A stretch of 64,000 nt of DNA from Betaproteobacteria bacterium. GTDB taxonomy: Bacteria > Pseudomonadota > Gammaproteobacteria > Burkholderiales > Burkholderiaceae_C. Position 1 is the stretch's first letter, and the number at the start of each line of letters is the position of its first letter. Below the pieces are notes generated by a model. That model saw only the letters and a list, made by a program, of their open reading frames with translations. It was not told where the DNA came from and made no database searches. Both the position numbers and the translations under genes were made by a program. The stretch lies in assembly GCA_037127635.1 (NCBI GenBank), contig JBAXYD010000014.1, positions 20,067 to 84,066 on the forward strand, in the 5' to 3' direction. Of the stretch, positions 39,488 through 49,231 are shown one piece after another.

Positions 39488-39783
39488 GCGTGAACTCCGA
39501 AAGTGGTGGTAAAGCAGGATGAAGCGGATTGGTTCTAAAAAAGACCTATCGTTGATAATTGAGCACCTAATGAAATCAGAGAATCGGTAGATTCCCTGAT
39601 GCCTACGTGATCAACGCGCAGATCCTCCTAGCTGAAGATCGGTCCAGTGGCATCTTTGATGGAATGATCGTTATTAGAAATGGCATTGCGTTTTACACAA
39701 CACATGCGGTACATTGACCTTCCACATGCGTCCGCCCGTCGCGGCCGCCGGCGCTGCCGACTCAGCGGCCCAGAGACTCAACC

Positions 39784-40782
39784 ATGACGCCAAGTGCCAA
39801 CCACACACTGCCCAAGGCCAGCGCCGGCCAGCGCTTGGCCATGTACGAGCGCATGTTGCTTATCCGGCGCGTGGAAGAGCGCCTGGGTGCTGACTTCAAG
39901 GCCGGCAAGCTCATCGCCGGCGTGCATCTCTACAGCGGGCAAGAAGCGGTCGGCGTGGCCGTGTGCCAGCATTTGCACGACAGCGACTGGATCGCCAGCA
40001 ACCACCGCGGGCACGGCCACTTTCTGGCCAAGGGCGGCGATGTACGGGCCATGATGGCCGAGATCCATGCGAAGGCCACGGGCGTTTGCAAGGGCATGGG
40101 CGGCACCATGCACGTGGCTGACCTGGACAAGGGCATCCTGGGCGCCAACGGCATCGTGGGCGGTGGCATCAGCCTGATCTGCGGTGCGGCCTTCTCACAG
40201 TTTCTGCAGGGGCGTGGCGCGGTTTCCGTGGCGTTCTTCGGAGATGGCGCCTCCACCCAGGGAGTGATGAGCGAGGCGCTCAACCTCACCGCCCTGTGGA
40301 AACTACCCATGATCTTTGTGTGCGAGAACAACCTGTTCTCGGAGTTCTCCCGATCTGAATCGGTGGTGGCCGGTCGCATCGTGGATCGCCCCGCGGCCTA
40401 TGGTGTGCCAGGGGTGCAGGTTGACGGCAACGATCTGGACGCGGTGTGGGAGGCGGCTGGACAGGCGGTGCAACGGGCCCGCGCTGGCGAAGGCCCTAGC
40501 TTCATTGAGGCCTTCACCTACCGCCTTGCCGGCCATGTGGAGGCCGAAACCGGCTTCCTCCAGGGTGCCCAGTACCGTTCGGCCGAAGAAGTACAGACAT
40601 GGGTGGAGCGAGACCCCATCCAGCGACAAAGGGCTGGACTGTTGCAGGCGCAGCAGGTCACGCAAGCCCAGTTGGATGCCATCGAGACCCGCGTGGCCGC
40701 GCAGGTGGAAGACGCTGTTCAGTTCGCCATCGACAGCCCGCTGCCGCCGCCCGAGCAGGCACTGCAATTCATGTTCGCCTGA
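39784..40782 (+). CDS. TPP-dependent dehydrogenase E1 alpha subunit (acetoin/pyruvate dehydrogenase-like)
   Basis: HRGHGH, G.GG.MH, GANGIVG, GDGA...CENN. Confidence 0.93.
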   Translation: MTPSANHTLPKASAGQRLAMYERMLLIRRVEERLGADFKAGKLIAGVHLYSGQEAVGVAVCQHLHDSDWIASNHRGHGHFLAKGGDVRAMMAEIHAKATGVCKGMGGTMHVADLDKGILGANGIVGGGISLICGAAFSQFLQGRGAVSVAFFGDGASTQGVMSEALNLTALWKLPMIFVCENNLFSEFSRSESVVAGRIVDRPAAYGVPGVQVDGNDLDAVWEAAGQAVQRARAGEGPSFIEAFTYRLAGHVEAETGFLQGAQYRSAEEVQTWVERDPIQRQRAGLLQAQQVTQAQLDAIETRVAAQVEDAVQFAIDSPLPPPEQALQFMFA

Positions 40783-40795
40783 GGAAGCCCGCACC

Positions 40796-41776
40796 ATGAC
40801 CAAGCGACGCCTGATACAGGCGATCAATGACGCACTGGTGGAGGAGATGACGCGCGACGAGCGTGTCATCCTGTTTGGCGAGGACGTCGAGATCAGCCTT
40901 TTCGGCGACACGCGCGGGCTGGCGCAACGCTTTGGCTCCGCGCGTATCCGCAACACGCCAATCTCCGAGACGCTGATCACCGGCATGGCCCTGGGCGCCG
41001 CGGCGGCCGGGCACCGGGTGGTGGCTCACATGATGTTTGCCAACTTCACCTACACGGGGTTCGACTCGATCGCCAATCAGGCGTCCAAGCTGCGCTACAT
41101 GACGGGCGGTCAGGCCCGGTTGCCTGTCACCTACGTGGCGGCTTATGGCGGTGGAAGATCGATCGCCGCGCACCACTCCGACACGCCCTACCCACTGCTC
41201 ATGAACCTGGGCGGCATCCGCATCGCCGTGCCGTCCACGCCGGAAGACGCCAAGGGCCTGATGAAGGCCTGCATCCGAAGCGACAGCCCGTCGTTCTTTC
41301 TGGAGGCTGGTGGCCGGGGCGGCGAAATGGGCGAGGTGCCCGAAGGCGATTACGTCACGCCCTGGGGCCAGGCCGCAGTGCGCCGCACGGGCGGCGACGT
41401 GACCTTGGTCGCCATCGGTTCCATGGTGAAGCTGGCCATGGCCGCGGCTGATGTGCTGTGCAACGAGCACGGGATCCATGCCGAGGTCATCGACCCGCGC
41501 ACGCTGGTGCCCCTGGACGAGGCCTGCATCCTGACTTCGGTGGAGAAGACCGGCCGCCTGGTGTTGGTCGACGAGTCGCGCGACCGCTGCAGCGCCGCGA
41601 GCCACATCGCCGCCATCGTGTCCGACAAGGCCTTCTCCTGGCTGCGTGCGCCGATCAAGCGGGTCACCGTCCCCGATGTGGCCATGCCCTACGCGCCCAA
41701 CCTGGAGAGGCTGGTGATGCCCAGCGTGGAACGGATCGCGGATACCGTCAAGGCCTTGTCCGACAAACGTGTTTGA
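40796..41776 (+). CDS. TPP-dependent dehydrogenase E1 beta subunit
   Basis: GEDV, RNTPISE, P.TP.DAKGL, EVIDPRTL.PLD. Confidence 0.93.
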   Translation: MTKRRLIQAINDALVEEMTRDERVILFGEDVEISLFGDTRGLAQRFGSARIRNTPISETLITGMALGAAAAGHRVVAHMMFANFTYTGFDSIANQASKLRYMTGGQARLPVTYVAAYGGGRSIAAHHSDTPYPLLMNLGGIRIAVPSTPEDAKGLMKACIRSDSPSFFLEAGGRGGEMGEVPEGDYVTPWGQAAVRRTGGDVTLVAIGSMVKLAMAAADVLCNEHGIHAEVIDPRTLVPLDEACILTSVEKTGRLVLVDESRDRCSAASHIAAIVSDKAFSWLRAPIKRVTVPDVAMPYAPNLERLVMPSVERIADTVKALSDKRV

Positions 41777-41782
41777 AACCCC

Positions 41783-42031
41783 ATGAAAGTCAATCTCAAA
41801 CTCTCGCGCGTTGGCATGAACATGGAAACCGCCACCATCAGCGTCTGGCACAAGAAGCCCGGCGATGCCTTCCGCAAGGGGGAGCCGCTCTACGAGATCG
41901 AGAGCGAGAAGGTCACCATGGAGGTGGAAGCGCCTTGCGATGGCAAGATGTTGGCCGTCACAGTGGCGGCGGGCGATGAAGCGACCGTCGGCGGTAACGT
42001 GTGCACCATCGACACGGACCCTGCCGCATGA
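41783..42031 (+). CDS. Stand-alone lipoyl-domain protein
   Basis: 82 aa; W.K.PGD, EIESEKVTMEV.AP lipoyl-lysine motif. Confidence 0.9.
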   Translation: MKVNLKLSRVGMNMETATISVWHKKPGDAFRKGEPLYEIESEKVTMEVEAPCDGKMLAVTVAAGDEATVGGNVCTIDTDPAA

Positions 42032-43365
42032 ACGCCCCAGATCAAGCACACCTCGCCTTGGGTGCCAGGACCCAGGATCTGGCCGAACGCGCCGCGCGTG
42101 TCATGCCCGGTCGGCAGAGCAATCTGCGGGCGCAGGCGGAGCCCTCGGTTTTCATCGAGCGAGCACTCGGCCAGCGTATGTGGGACGTCGACGGCAGGCA
42201 GCTGATCGACTTTGCTATCGGCATGGGCCCAGGCATCTGGGGGCATGGCAACCGGGAGTACCAGGACGCCCTGCACGAGCAGTTGGAGAAAGTGTTCGTG
42301 GTGGCATCGGGCATGCTGCAGACCGAGAACGAAGTGCTGCTGGCCGAGTGCATCACGACCCACGTGCCCTGTGCCGACCGGGTGCGCTTTGTGACCACGG
42401 GCTCGGAGGCGGTGCAGATGGTGGTGCGCCTGGCGCGCGCCTTCACCGGTCGGCACAAGTTCGTGCGCTTCGAGGGCCATTACCACGGGTGGCTTGACAA
42501 CGTGCTAGGTGGCCGGGTCAACGAGGACGCCAGTGCAGAGCCCTTCGCCGTGGAGAACCCGGCCGACCCCATGCACACCGAGGGTCGCTCTGAGTTCGCC
42601 ATGCGCGAGTCCTTCAAGATTCCATGGAACGACATCGACGCCCTTGGGTCCCTGCTCAAGCACCATGGCAAGGACATCGCCCTGGTGCTGATGGAGGCCG
42701 TGATGACCAACGGCGGGTGCTGCATCCCGCGCCCTGGCTACCTGGAGCGCGTGCGGGAACTGTGCACGCAGTACGGCGTGGTGCTCTGCATGGACGAGGT
42801 CATCACCGGGTTTCGCATGGGGCTGGGGGGTGCGCAGGCGCACTACGGCGTCACGCCCGACCTTTCGAGCTTTGGGAAGGCCATTGCCGGCGGCATGGCC
42901 TTGGCTGCTGTGGCTGGCCGCGCCGAAATCTTCGAGTTGCTGCGCACGAACACCGTGGTCGGAGCGGGTACCTTCAATGCGGCGCCGATGAGCATGACCG
43001 CTGGTCTCACCACCCTGCGCATGCTGGAACGTGGTGACGGGGCTGTCTACCGGCACATCGACGAGCTGCAGACGCACTTCATGACCGAGTTCAGGCGCTT
43101 GGGTCGCAAGCATGGCCATGACCTGCTGGTGCAAGGGGTGCGGGGTGTTTTCTGCGCGCACTTCAGCCCGCTGCCCGTGGCCTATTCGGCACGTGATCTC
43201 GCTGCGCATGCCGACCGTGACAAGGCACGCCGCCTGCGCCTGGCGCTCATCGCGGAAGGCGTGTACCCGGGGCGGGGCGACCGGTACTTTGTGTCCGCGG
43301 GCCTGACGGCGGCAGACCTGGAAGATGGCCTGTCACGCATCGACAGGGCGCTCGCCCGGATCTGA
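42028..43365 (+). CDS. Class III PLP aminotransferase (GSA-aminomutase-like clade)
   Basis: GSEA, FEGHYHGW, DEVITGFR, FGKAIAGG, GTFN. Confidence 0.92.
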   Translation: MNAPDQAHLALGARTQDLAERAARVMPGRQSNLRAQAEPSVFIERALGQRMWDVDGRQLIDFAIGMGPGIWGHGNREYQDALHEQLEKVFVVASGMLQTENEVLLAECITTHVPCADRVRFVTTGSEAVQMVVRLARAFTGRHKFVRFEGHYHGWLDNVLGGRVNEDASAEPFAVENPADPMHTEGRSEFAMRESFKIPWNDIDALGSLLKHHGKDIALVLMEAVMTNGGCCIPRPGYLERVRELCTQYGVVLCMDEVITGFRMGLGGAQAHYGVTPDLSSFGKAIAGGMALAAVAGRAEIFELLRTNTVVGAGTFNAAPMSMTAGLTTLRMLERGDGAVYRHIDELQTHFMTEFRRLGRKHGHDLLVQGVRGVFCAHFSPLPVAYSARDLAAHADRDKARRLRLALIAEGVYPGRGDRYFVSAGLTAADLEDGLSRIDRALARI

Positions 43366-43411
43366 ATCCACAGCAGACCGGGGCCGACTCCTTGACCGGT
43401 TGGAGACTCAC

Positions 43412-44779
43412 ATGACGGAACAACGAATCGACGTCAGCAAGGTGCTGGACGAGGCGCCGCTCAACGGCTACCACTGGCGCATCGTGCTGCTGGGTTCGCT
43501 GATGATGATGCTCGATGGCTACGATCTGTCGGTGATGGGCTTGGCTCTGCCGGCGGTCTCCGAGGCCTGGAAGGTGGAGGCGTCGCTGTTCAGATGGGCG
43601 CTCTCCGCGTCTCTGATCGGTGTGGGTGTGGGGTCGGTGATCTCGGGCTTCATGGGCGACAGGCTCGGCCGCAAGGGCACCCTGCTGACGATGTACGTGC
43701 TGGGCTCTTTGGCTTGTCTGGGCACCGTCACCGCCACCGACGTGCCGCAACTGGTGGTCTGGCGCTTCCTCGTCGGCGTCGGCATGGGCGGGGCCATTCC
43801 CAACGTGATCTCCCTGATCAGTGAGCTGATGCCGGTCAAGAGACGTCCACTGTTGATCGTGCTCGTCTACAGCGGGGCCGCCCTGGGCGGCGCGATCGGC
43901 AGCCTGCTGGCCTCGGTGATCATCCCGGACTACGGCTGGACCTCGGTGTTCTACGTCGGAGGCCTGTTGCCGCTGTTTATCGCCGCCATGGTGTGGAAGG
44001 CGGTGCCCGAGTCGCCGGCCTACCTGATTGCGCAGGGACGCCTGCATCCTCTGGGCGCGGCCACGGTCATAAAGCTGCAGCCGGGCTTTCCGGCCGAGCA
44101 AGCCCAGCGGCTGTTCGTCGGCGACCGTCCGGCCTACGCCAAGACCGGCCTCGGGGCCCTCTTCTCGGAGGGCCGGGCGACCTCCACCGCCCTGATCTGG
44201 GTCTTGTTCATCTGCACCCAGGCGATGGTCTTCTTCGTGCAGAGTTGGTACGTGACGCTCCTGACGCGTGGCGGGCATGCACTAGACAGTGTGCTGCGCA
44301 CCTTTTCACTCTGGGATTTTGGCGCCCTGATGGGGGGCATTGTGCTGGCGTGGATGGCCAGCCGCTTCCCGCTGGAACGACTGCTGGCGTTGGCGTACGG
44401 CGTGGCTGCCGCCTGCCTCTTCGCGCTGGGCACCGTCAGGGAGTTGTCCGCGTTGACGAGCATCGTCACCTTCGTCACGGGCTTCTCGGTCGTGGGTGCT
44501 TCGTTCTGCATGGGCGCACTGGCTGCCAGCTACTACCCCAGCGCCGTGCGCGCCACTGGGGTCGGCATGGGGTTGGGCATCGGCCGGGTGGGTTCCATCC
44601 TGAGCCCTATCCTGGCGGGCAGCGCGTTGGCAGCAGGCTGGACCAACGAGCAGATCTTCATGGCGGCCATGGTGCCCGCGGGCGTGGCGGGTATCGCGGT
44701 GTGGGTGCTCAGCGTCGTGGGGCAGCGCCAGCGCAGCGCGGGTCTTGCCCTTTCGCAACAGGACGCTGCGCTGCAATAG
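43412..44779 (+). CDS. MFS aromatic acid:H+ symporter family
   Basis: DGYD motif, G..GDRLGRK, PESP, YP..VRATG.G...GRVG. Confidence 0.92.
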   Translation: MTEQRIDVSKVLDEAPLNGYHWRIVLLGSLMMMLDGYDLSVMGLALPAVSEAWKVEASLFRWALSASLIGVGVGSVISGFMGDRLGRKGTLLTMYVLGSLACLGTVTATDVPQLVVWRFLVGVGMGGAIPNVISLISELMPVKRRPLLIVLVYSGAALGGAIGSLLASVIIPDYGWTSVFYVGGLLPLFIAAMVWKAVPESPAYLIAQGRLHPLGAATVIKLQPGFPAEQAQRLFVGDRPAYAKTGLGALFSEGRATSTALIWVLFICTQAMVFFVQSWYVTLLTRGGHALDSVLRTFSLWDFGALMGGIVLAWMASRFPLERLLALAYGVAAACLFALGTVRELSALTSIVTFVTGFSVVGASFCMGALAASYYPSAVRATGVGMGLGIGRVGSILSPILAGSALAAGWTNEQIFMAAMVPAGVAGIAVWVLSVVGQRQRSAGLALSQQDAALQ

Positions 44780-46504
44780 GTGGGCCACTCCGTGCTTATC
44801 GCCATCCGACCCCTTCGAGTTGTTGCCGCGTTGGCTCTGGCGTGTGCCGGCGCATGGCAGGTGTCGCCGGCTCATGCGCTGAAGTTCGTTTCCCCCCCAC
44901 AGGTGGAGCGCAACCCCAACGACCGTGTTCCATTGGCGGCGGTGCTGAGTCTGCAGGCTGACGTCCCTGTGTCGACGCAGGTGGCCATCAGCGACGGCCA
45001 GCGAAGCTGGACCGTGCGCTTTTCGCAAGCGCCGGCAGGGCCGCTGAAGTTTCCGCTGGTGGGCATGAAGCCCGGCCTCAACCACACGTTCCAGGTCACC
45101 GTCACGGACGCCAGGGGCCAGCAGCTCCAGGCGCCAGTGCCGTTGACGCTCAGAACGCCCGATCTGCCGGCCAATGTCCTGGACTTTCCCCAGCTGAAGG
45201 TGCACCGCGCCGACGTGGCGCAGATGGAGCCTGGCATCACCTTGGTGACCGTGCGCCGCAGAGCGCTGGGACGCTCTGAGCTCATGACCCCCGTGCAGCG
45301 CCAGTTCACCGTGGGCTGGGCGGTGATCCTGGGCGTGAACGAGGCCGGCGAGGTGGTCTGGTACTACCGCTCCGACAGCCGCATCTCGGGCGTTGCCACC
45401 CTGGCCAACGGGAACATCTTTTTTCACACGGCGCAGTTCAGCCCGGTGGAGATCGACGTGCTGGGCAACGAGGTACGGCGCTGGGGGGCTGCCAAGGGGC
45501 CCCGGCCCATGCCGGCGGGGTCCATCCCGGTGGACGCCGTGACGCTGCACCACCAACCCGAGGAGTTGCCCAATGGCAACTTCCTGTCGATGGAGGCCTT
45601 CCCCAAGGTCATCGAGAACTACTACACCAGCGAGCACGACAAGAACGCGCCACGCGCCACGCAGACCGTGATGGGTGACCAGATCATCGAATTCACCCCT
45701 GAAGGCAAGGTCGCGTGGCGGTGGAACACCTTCGACTATCTGGACCCTTTCAAGATCGGATTCGACACCTTTTGGTCGTACTGGCCCGTTCGCGGTTTTC
45801 CGAAGGCACTCGACTGGACCCACGGCAACGGCGTGCATTACGACAAGCGGGATGACTCGGTCATCGCCTCGTTCCGCAACCTTGACGCCGTGGTCAAGAT
45901 CGATCGCAAGACCAAGGACATCAAGTGGATCTTGTCGCGCGATGTGGGGTGGTCTCCCGAGTTGCGCAAGAAGCTGCTCAGGCCCGTGGGCACCAACTTC
46001 CAGTATCCGAGCCACCAGCACAACCCCCGTGTCACGCCGGACGGAAACATCGTGCTGTTCAACAACAATGTGCACCAGGCCATTCCCTTTACGGGAGAGA
46101 CCTCCAAGCCGGCCAGCGAGTCTTTCAGCAATGCCATCGTCTACGAGATCGACGACAGGGCCATGACCGCGCGGGTGGCCTTCGCCACGCCCATGACCGG
46201 TGATGTCTCGTGCAATTCCTTCGCCATGGGCGATGCCCACGTGTTGCCCAAGACCCGCAACGTCCTGGTGGCCTTCTCGCTGTGCTACCCCGGATTGAAG
46301 ATCGAGACCTGGGACCAGCAGGACCGCACCAAGATCTACGCGGATGACCTGCCCTCTTCTCCCCGCCTGCGCGAATTCCGCATCGACGACCCCACCAAGC
46401 CCGTATGGGACATCGAGGTGCTCCCGCCCTACCACCTGGTGCAAAAGGAAGTCTTTGGTCTGCACCGAATGCCCTCATTGCAGCCGTCGGCAGCCATGAG
46501 ATGA
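44780..46504 (+). CDS. Periplasmic aryl-sulfate sulfotransferase (ASST family)
   Basis: Signal peptide; N-terminal Ig-like PLAA domain; LHH, DWTHGN, SFRN, HQH catalytic-type motifs. Confidence 0.85.
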   Translation: MGHSVLIAIRPLRVVAALALACAGAWQVSPAHALKFVSPPQVERNPNDRVPLAAVLSLQADVPVSTQVAISDGQRSWTVRFSQAPAGPLKFPLVGMKPGLNHTFQVTVTDARGQQLQAPVPLTLRTPDLPANVLDFPQLKVHRADVAQMEPGITLVTVRRRALGRSELMTPVQRQFTVGWAVILGVNEAGEVVWYYRSDSRISGVATLANGNIFFHTAQFSPVEIDVLGNEVRRWGAAKGPRPMPAGSIPVDAVTLHHQPEELPNGNFLSMEAFPKVIENYYTSEHDKNAPRATQTVMGDQIIEFTPEGKVAWRWNTFDYLDPFKIGFDTFWSYWPVRGFPKALDWTHGNGVHYDKRDDSVIASFRNLDAVVKIDRKTKDIKWILSRDVGWSPELRKKLLRPVGTNFQYPSHQHNPRVTPDGNIVLFNNNVHQAIPFTGETSKPASESFSNAIVYEIDDRAMTARVAFATPMTGDVSCNSFAMGDAHVLPKTRNVLVAFSLCYPGLKIETWDQQDRTKIYADDLPSSPRLREFRIDDPTKPVWDIEVLPPYHLVQKEVFGLHRMPSLQPSAAMR

Positions 46505-46780
46505 AGCGTTGCGTGCCGGGTCTTGCGGACCGAGTTGACGGGGACCTGGGCCTGAATCGTCGTGTCGACCGGGCGATACACAACCATTTTCGACATCAAG
46601 TTTCTTTGGTTCACTCATGATCCATCGCATGGCTCACCACCCACTCGACCGCAACCGTTCCACGCAAACACCGCAAGCTCAGCTTGATTCCTGCGGGCCA
46701 TCATGCGGGAACCCCAACCCCAGCCGCGCTGTTGTTGGGCCCGCAGCGCTGGCGCTCGGCTTGGCGCAGAGGTACTGACC

Positions 46781-47536
46781 ATGCGACTGCGGGGCAGGAC
46801 CGTCATGGTCACAGGAGGCGCTACCGGGCTGGGGTTTGCCTTTGCCGCACGGCTCCACGCAGACGGCGCGCGCGTGGTCATCGCCGATTTGCGCGGTGCC
46901 GCAGAGGCCGCCCGAGCGCTCGATGCGAGCGGCCAGCAGGTACAAGGCGTGGTGATGGATGTGGCTGATGAGGCCTCTGTGCGCGAAGCGGTCACGGCCG
47001 TGGGCACGACCTTTGGCGGCGTGGACATCCTCGTCAACAACGCCGCACTCTTCTCGACCCTGGTGAACAAGCCTTTCGAGGAGTACTCCGGCGACGAGTG
47101 GATGCAGGTCATGCGGGTGAACACGCTCGGGCCCTTCAACTGCGCCAAGGCCGTGGCGCCGCACATGAAGGCGCAGCGCTGGGGGCGCATCATCAACGTG
47201 GCCTCCACCTCGGCGCTCAAAGGCCTGGCCAACATGGCGCACTACGTGACGAGCAAGGGCGCGGTCATCACCTTCACGCGGGTGCTCGCGCGGGAACTTG
47301 GCGCCTGGAACATCACGGCCAACGCCCTGGCGCCGGGCCTGACGCTGTCCGACCAGATCCTGAAGAACGACGACCACATGGCGAAATTTGGTGAGGCGAT
47401 CAGAAAGTCGCGTTCGATCCAGCGCGATGCACTGCCGTCCGACCTGGTGGGTACGGTCAGTTTCCTGGCCAGCGAAGACTCGGCCTTCATGACGGGCCAG
47501 ACGCTGTGTGTCGAAGGTGGCGCCATCTTCGTCTGA
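46781..47536 (+). CDS. SDR family oxidoreductase
   Basis: TGGATGLG, VNNA, YVTSK, TGQ. Confidence 0.93.
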   Translation: MRLRGRTVMVTGGATGLGFAFAARLHADGARVVIADLRGAAEAARALDASGQQVQGVVMDVADEASVREAVTAVGTTFGGVDILVNNAALFSTLVNKPFEEYSGDEWMQVMRVNTLGPFNCAKAVAPHMKAQRWGRIINVASTSALKGLANMAHYVTSKGAVITFTRVLARELGAWNITANALAPGLTLSDQILKNDDHMAKFGEAIRKSRSIQRDALPSDLVGTVSFLASEDSAFMTGQTLCVEGGAIFV

Positions 47537-47588
47537 TGGCCGGCACGTCAGCCGCTTGCATGACCAAATGCCCATCGGCCTTCCCATC

Positions 47589-49163
47589 ATGAGTGTTTCT
47601 CCGCTGCGCAACGTGCTGTTCGTGATGAGCGACCAACTGCGCTGGGACCACCTGGCCTGCAATGGCCACCCGACCATGCGCACGCCGAACCTCGACGCGC
47701 TGGCCGCTCGCAGCGTGCGCTTCGATAAGGCCTTCGTGCAGGCCGGTGTGTGTGGCCCGTCGCGGATGTCCTTCTACACCGGCCGCTATGTGGGCTCCCA
47801 CGGCGTGACCTGGAACCGCGTGCCCCTGCCGCTGCAGCAACTCACGCTGGGCGACTACCTGGCGGGGGTCGGCCGGCCCCTGCACCTGATCGGCAAGACG
47901 CATGTCACACCAGACGTCACTGGCCTGCAGCGCATGGGCGTGACGCCCGGTTCTGAGGTCTGGCGGCACCGGGCCCAGGGGGGGTTCAGCGAGGTTGATC
48001 GCATCGAGGGACATGGCCCGCCGGGTGCGGAGAGCGGCTACGCCGACTACCTGCGTGCTCAGGGCTACACCGGCGCCGACCCCTGGACGGACCACGTCGT
48101 GAGCGCACAGGCGCCTGACGGCAGCCAGGCCAGCGGCTGGTTCCTGCGCAATGTGCACCTGCCAGCCCGGGTGGCCGAAGAGCATTCCGAGACGGCCTAC
48201 GTGACGAGCCGGGCGCTGGACTACCTGGCAGCGCGACCAACGGGGCAGCCCTGGGCGCTGCACCTGTCGTACGTCAAGCCGCACTGGCCCTACATGGCCC
48301 CTGCGCCCTACCACCAGCGCTACAGCGCTCAGGAGATGCTGCCCATACGCAAGCGGGCCAGCGAGCTTGAAGACCCGCACCCCGTGGTGGCGGCCTACAT
48401 GCAGATGGAAGAGTCTCAGACCTTTGCCCGAGACGAGGTCGTGCGGCAGGTGCGGCCGGTGTATATGGGCCTGATCGAGCAACTGGACCACCACATCGGG
48501 CGTGTCATCGAGGCGCTGCGCGACAGCGGAGAACTCCAGCACACCCTGATCATCTTCACGGCCGACCACGGGGACTACGGCGGCGACCACCACCTGGGCG
48601 AGAAGGACCTCTTTCACGACCAGGTGGTCCGGGTGCCGCTGATGGTGTTCGACCCACGGCCGCAGGCCGATGCCACGCGAGGCCATGTGATCACCTCATT
48701 TGCTGAGGCGGTGGACATCGTGCCTACGGTGCTGGACGCCCTGCAGATCACCCCACCACTGGACCGTACGCAGGGCCGCTCTCTCATGCCCTGGCTGCAC
48801 GGCCACACCCCTGCGCTCTGGCGCGACTGCGTGTTCGCGGAGATCGACTACTCGTTCCGGCGGGCGCGGCTCTTGCTGGACCGGCGGCCTGGAGAGTGCC
48901 GTGGATGGATGGTGCGCGAGCGGGATTGGAAGTACGTGCGGTGGCAGGGTTTCCCCCCTCAACTGTTCAACCTGCTGGACGATCCACATGAATACGAAGA
49001 CCTGGGGCGCGACCTCCGACTGGCCCACGTCGCCCGGCGCCTGGATGAGCGTCTGCATCTCTGGATGGAGACGCAGCACCCGCGCCTGACGCTCAGCGAC
49101 GGGGAAGTCGCCCAGCGAACCGACAAGGCCAAGGAACACGGCATCTTCTACGGCACCTGGTAG
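47589..49163 (+). CDS. Sulfatase / phosphonate monoester hydrolase family (cytoplasmic)
   Basis: DQLR, CGPSR formylglycine motif, GKTH, PHWP, DHG, GEK. Confidence 0.9.
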   Translation: MSVSPLRNVLFVMSDQLRWDHLACNGHPTMRTPNLDALAARSVRFDKAFVQAGVCGPSRMSFYTGRYVGSHGVTWNRVPLPLQQLTLGDYLAGVGRPLHLIGKTHVTPDVTGLQRMGVTPGSEVWRHRAQGGFSEVDRIEGHGPPGAESGYADYLRAQGYTGADPWTDHVVSAQAPDGSQASGWFLRNVHLPARVAEEHSETAYVTSRALDYLAARPTGQPWALHLSYVKPHWPYMAPAPYHQRYSAQEMLPIRKRASELEDPHPVVAAYMQMEESQTFARDEVVRQVRPVYMGLIEQLDHHIGRVIEALRDSGELQHTLIIFTADHGDYGGDHHLGEKDLFHDQVVRVPLMVFDPRPQADATRGHVITSFAEAVDIVPTVLDALQITPPLDRTQGRSLMPWLHGHTPALWRDCVFAEIDYSFRRARLLLDRRPGECRGWMVRERDWKYVRWQGFPPQLFNLLDDPHEYEDLGRDLRLAHVARRLDERLHLWMETQHPRLTLSDGEVAQRTDKAKEHGIFYGTW

Positions 49164-49231
49164 CCCCCACCCAAGGCCCCCCCCCTGACAAAGACAACCC
49201 GATCACGATCACACCAGAACTGGAGCTCCTC

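Noticed and set aside
39784-41776. Calling these acoA/acoB or pdhA/pdhB
   Set aside because: No E2/E3 or aco regulator; family-level call only
42028-43365. Calling this hemL
   Set aside because: Catabolic context and lack of the PGGVNSPVR N-terminal motif typical of HemL
44306-46465. 719-aa ORF antisense to the ASST gene (likewise 57527-59554, 1613-3331 and many others)
   Set aside because: Shadow ORFs expected from high-GC codon bias; no recognisable motifs, and the opposite strand has a clear family gene
49164-49186. C9 tract and CCCAAGG upstream of a Bug gene (phase variation or element remnant)
   Set aside because: Too short to be distinguished from GC-rich background
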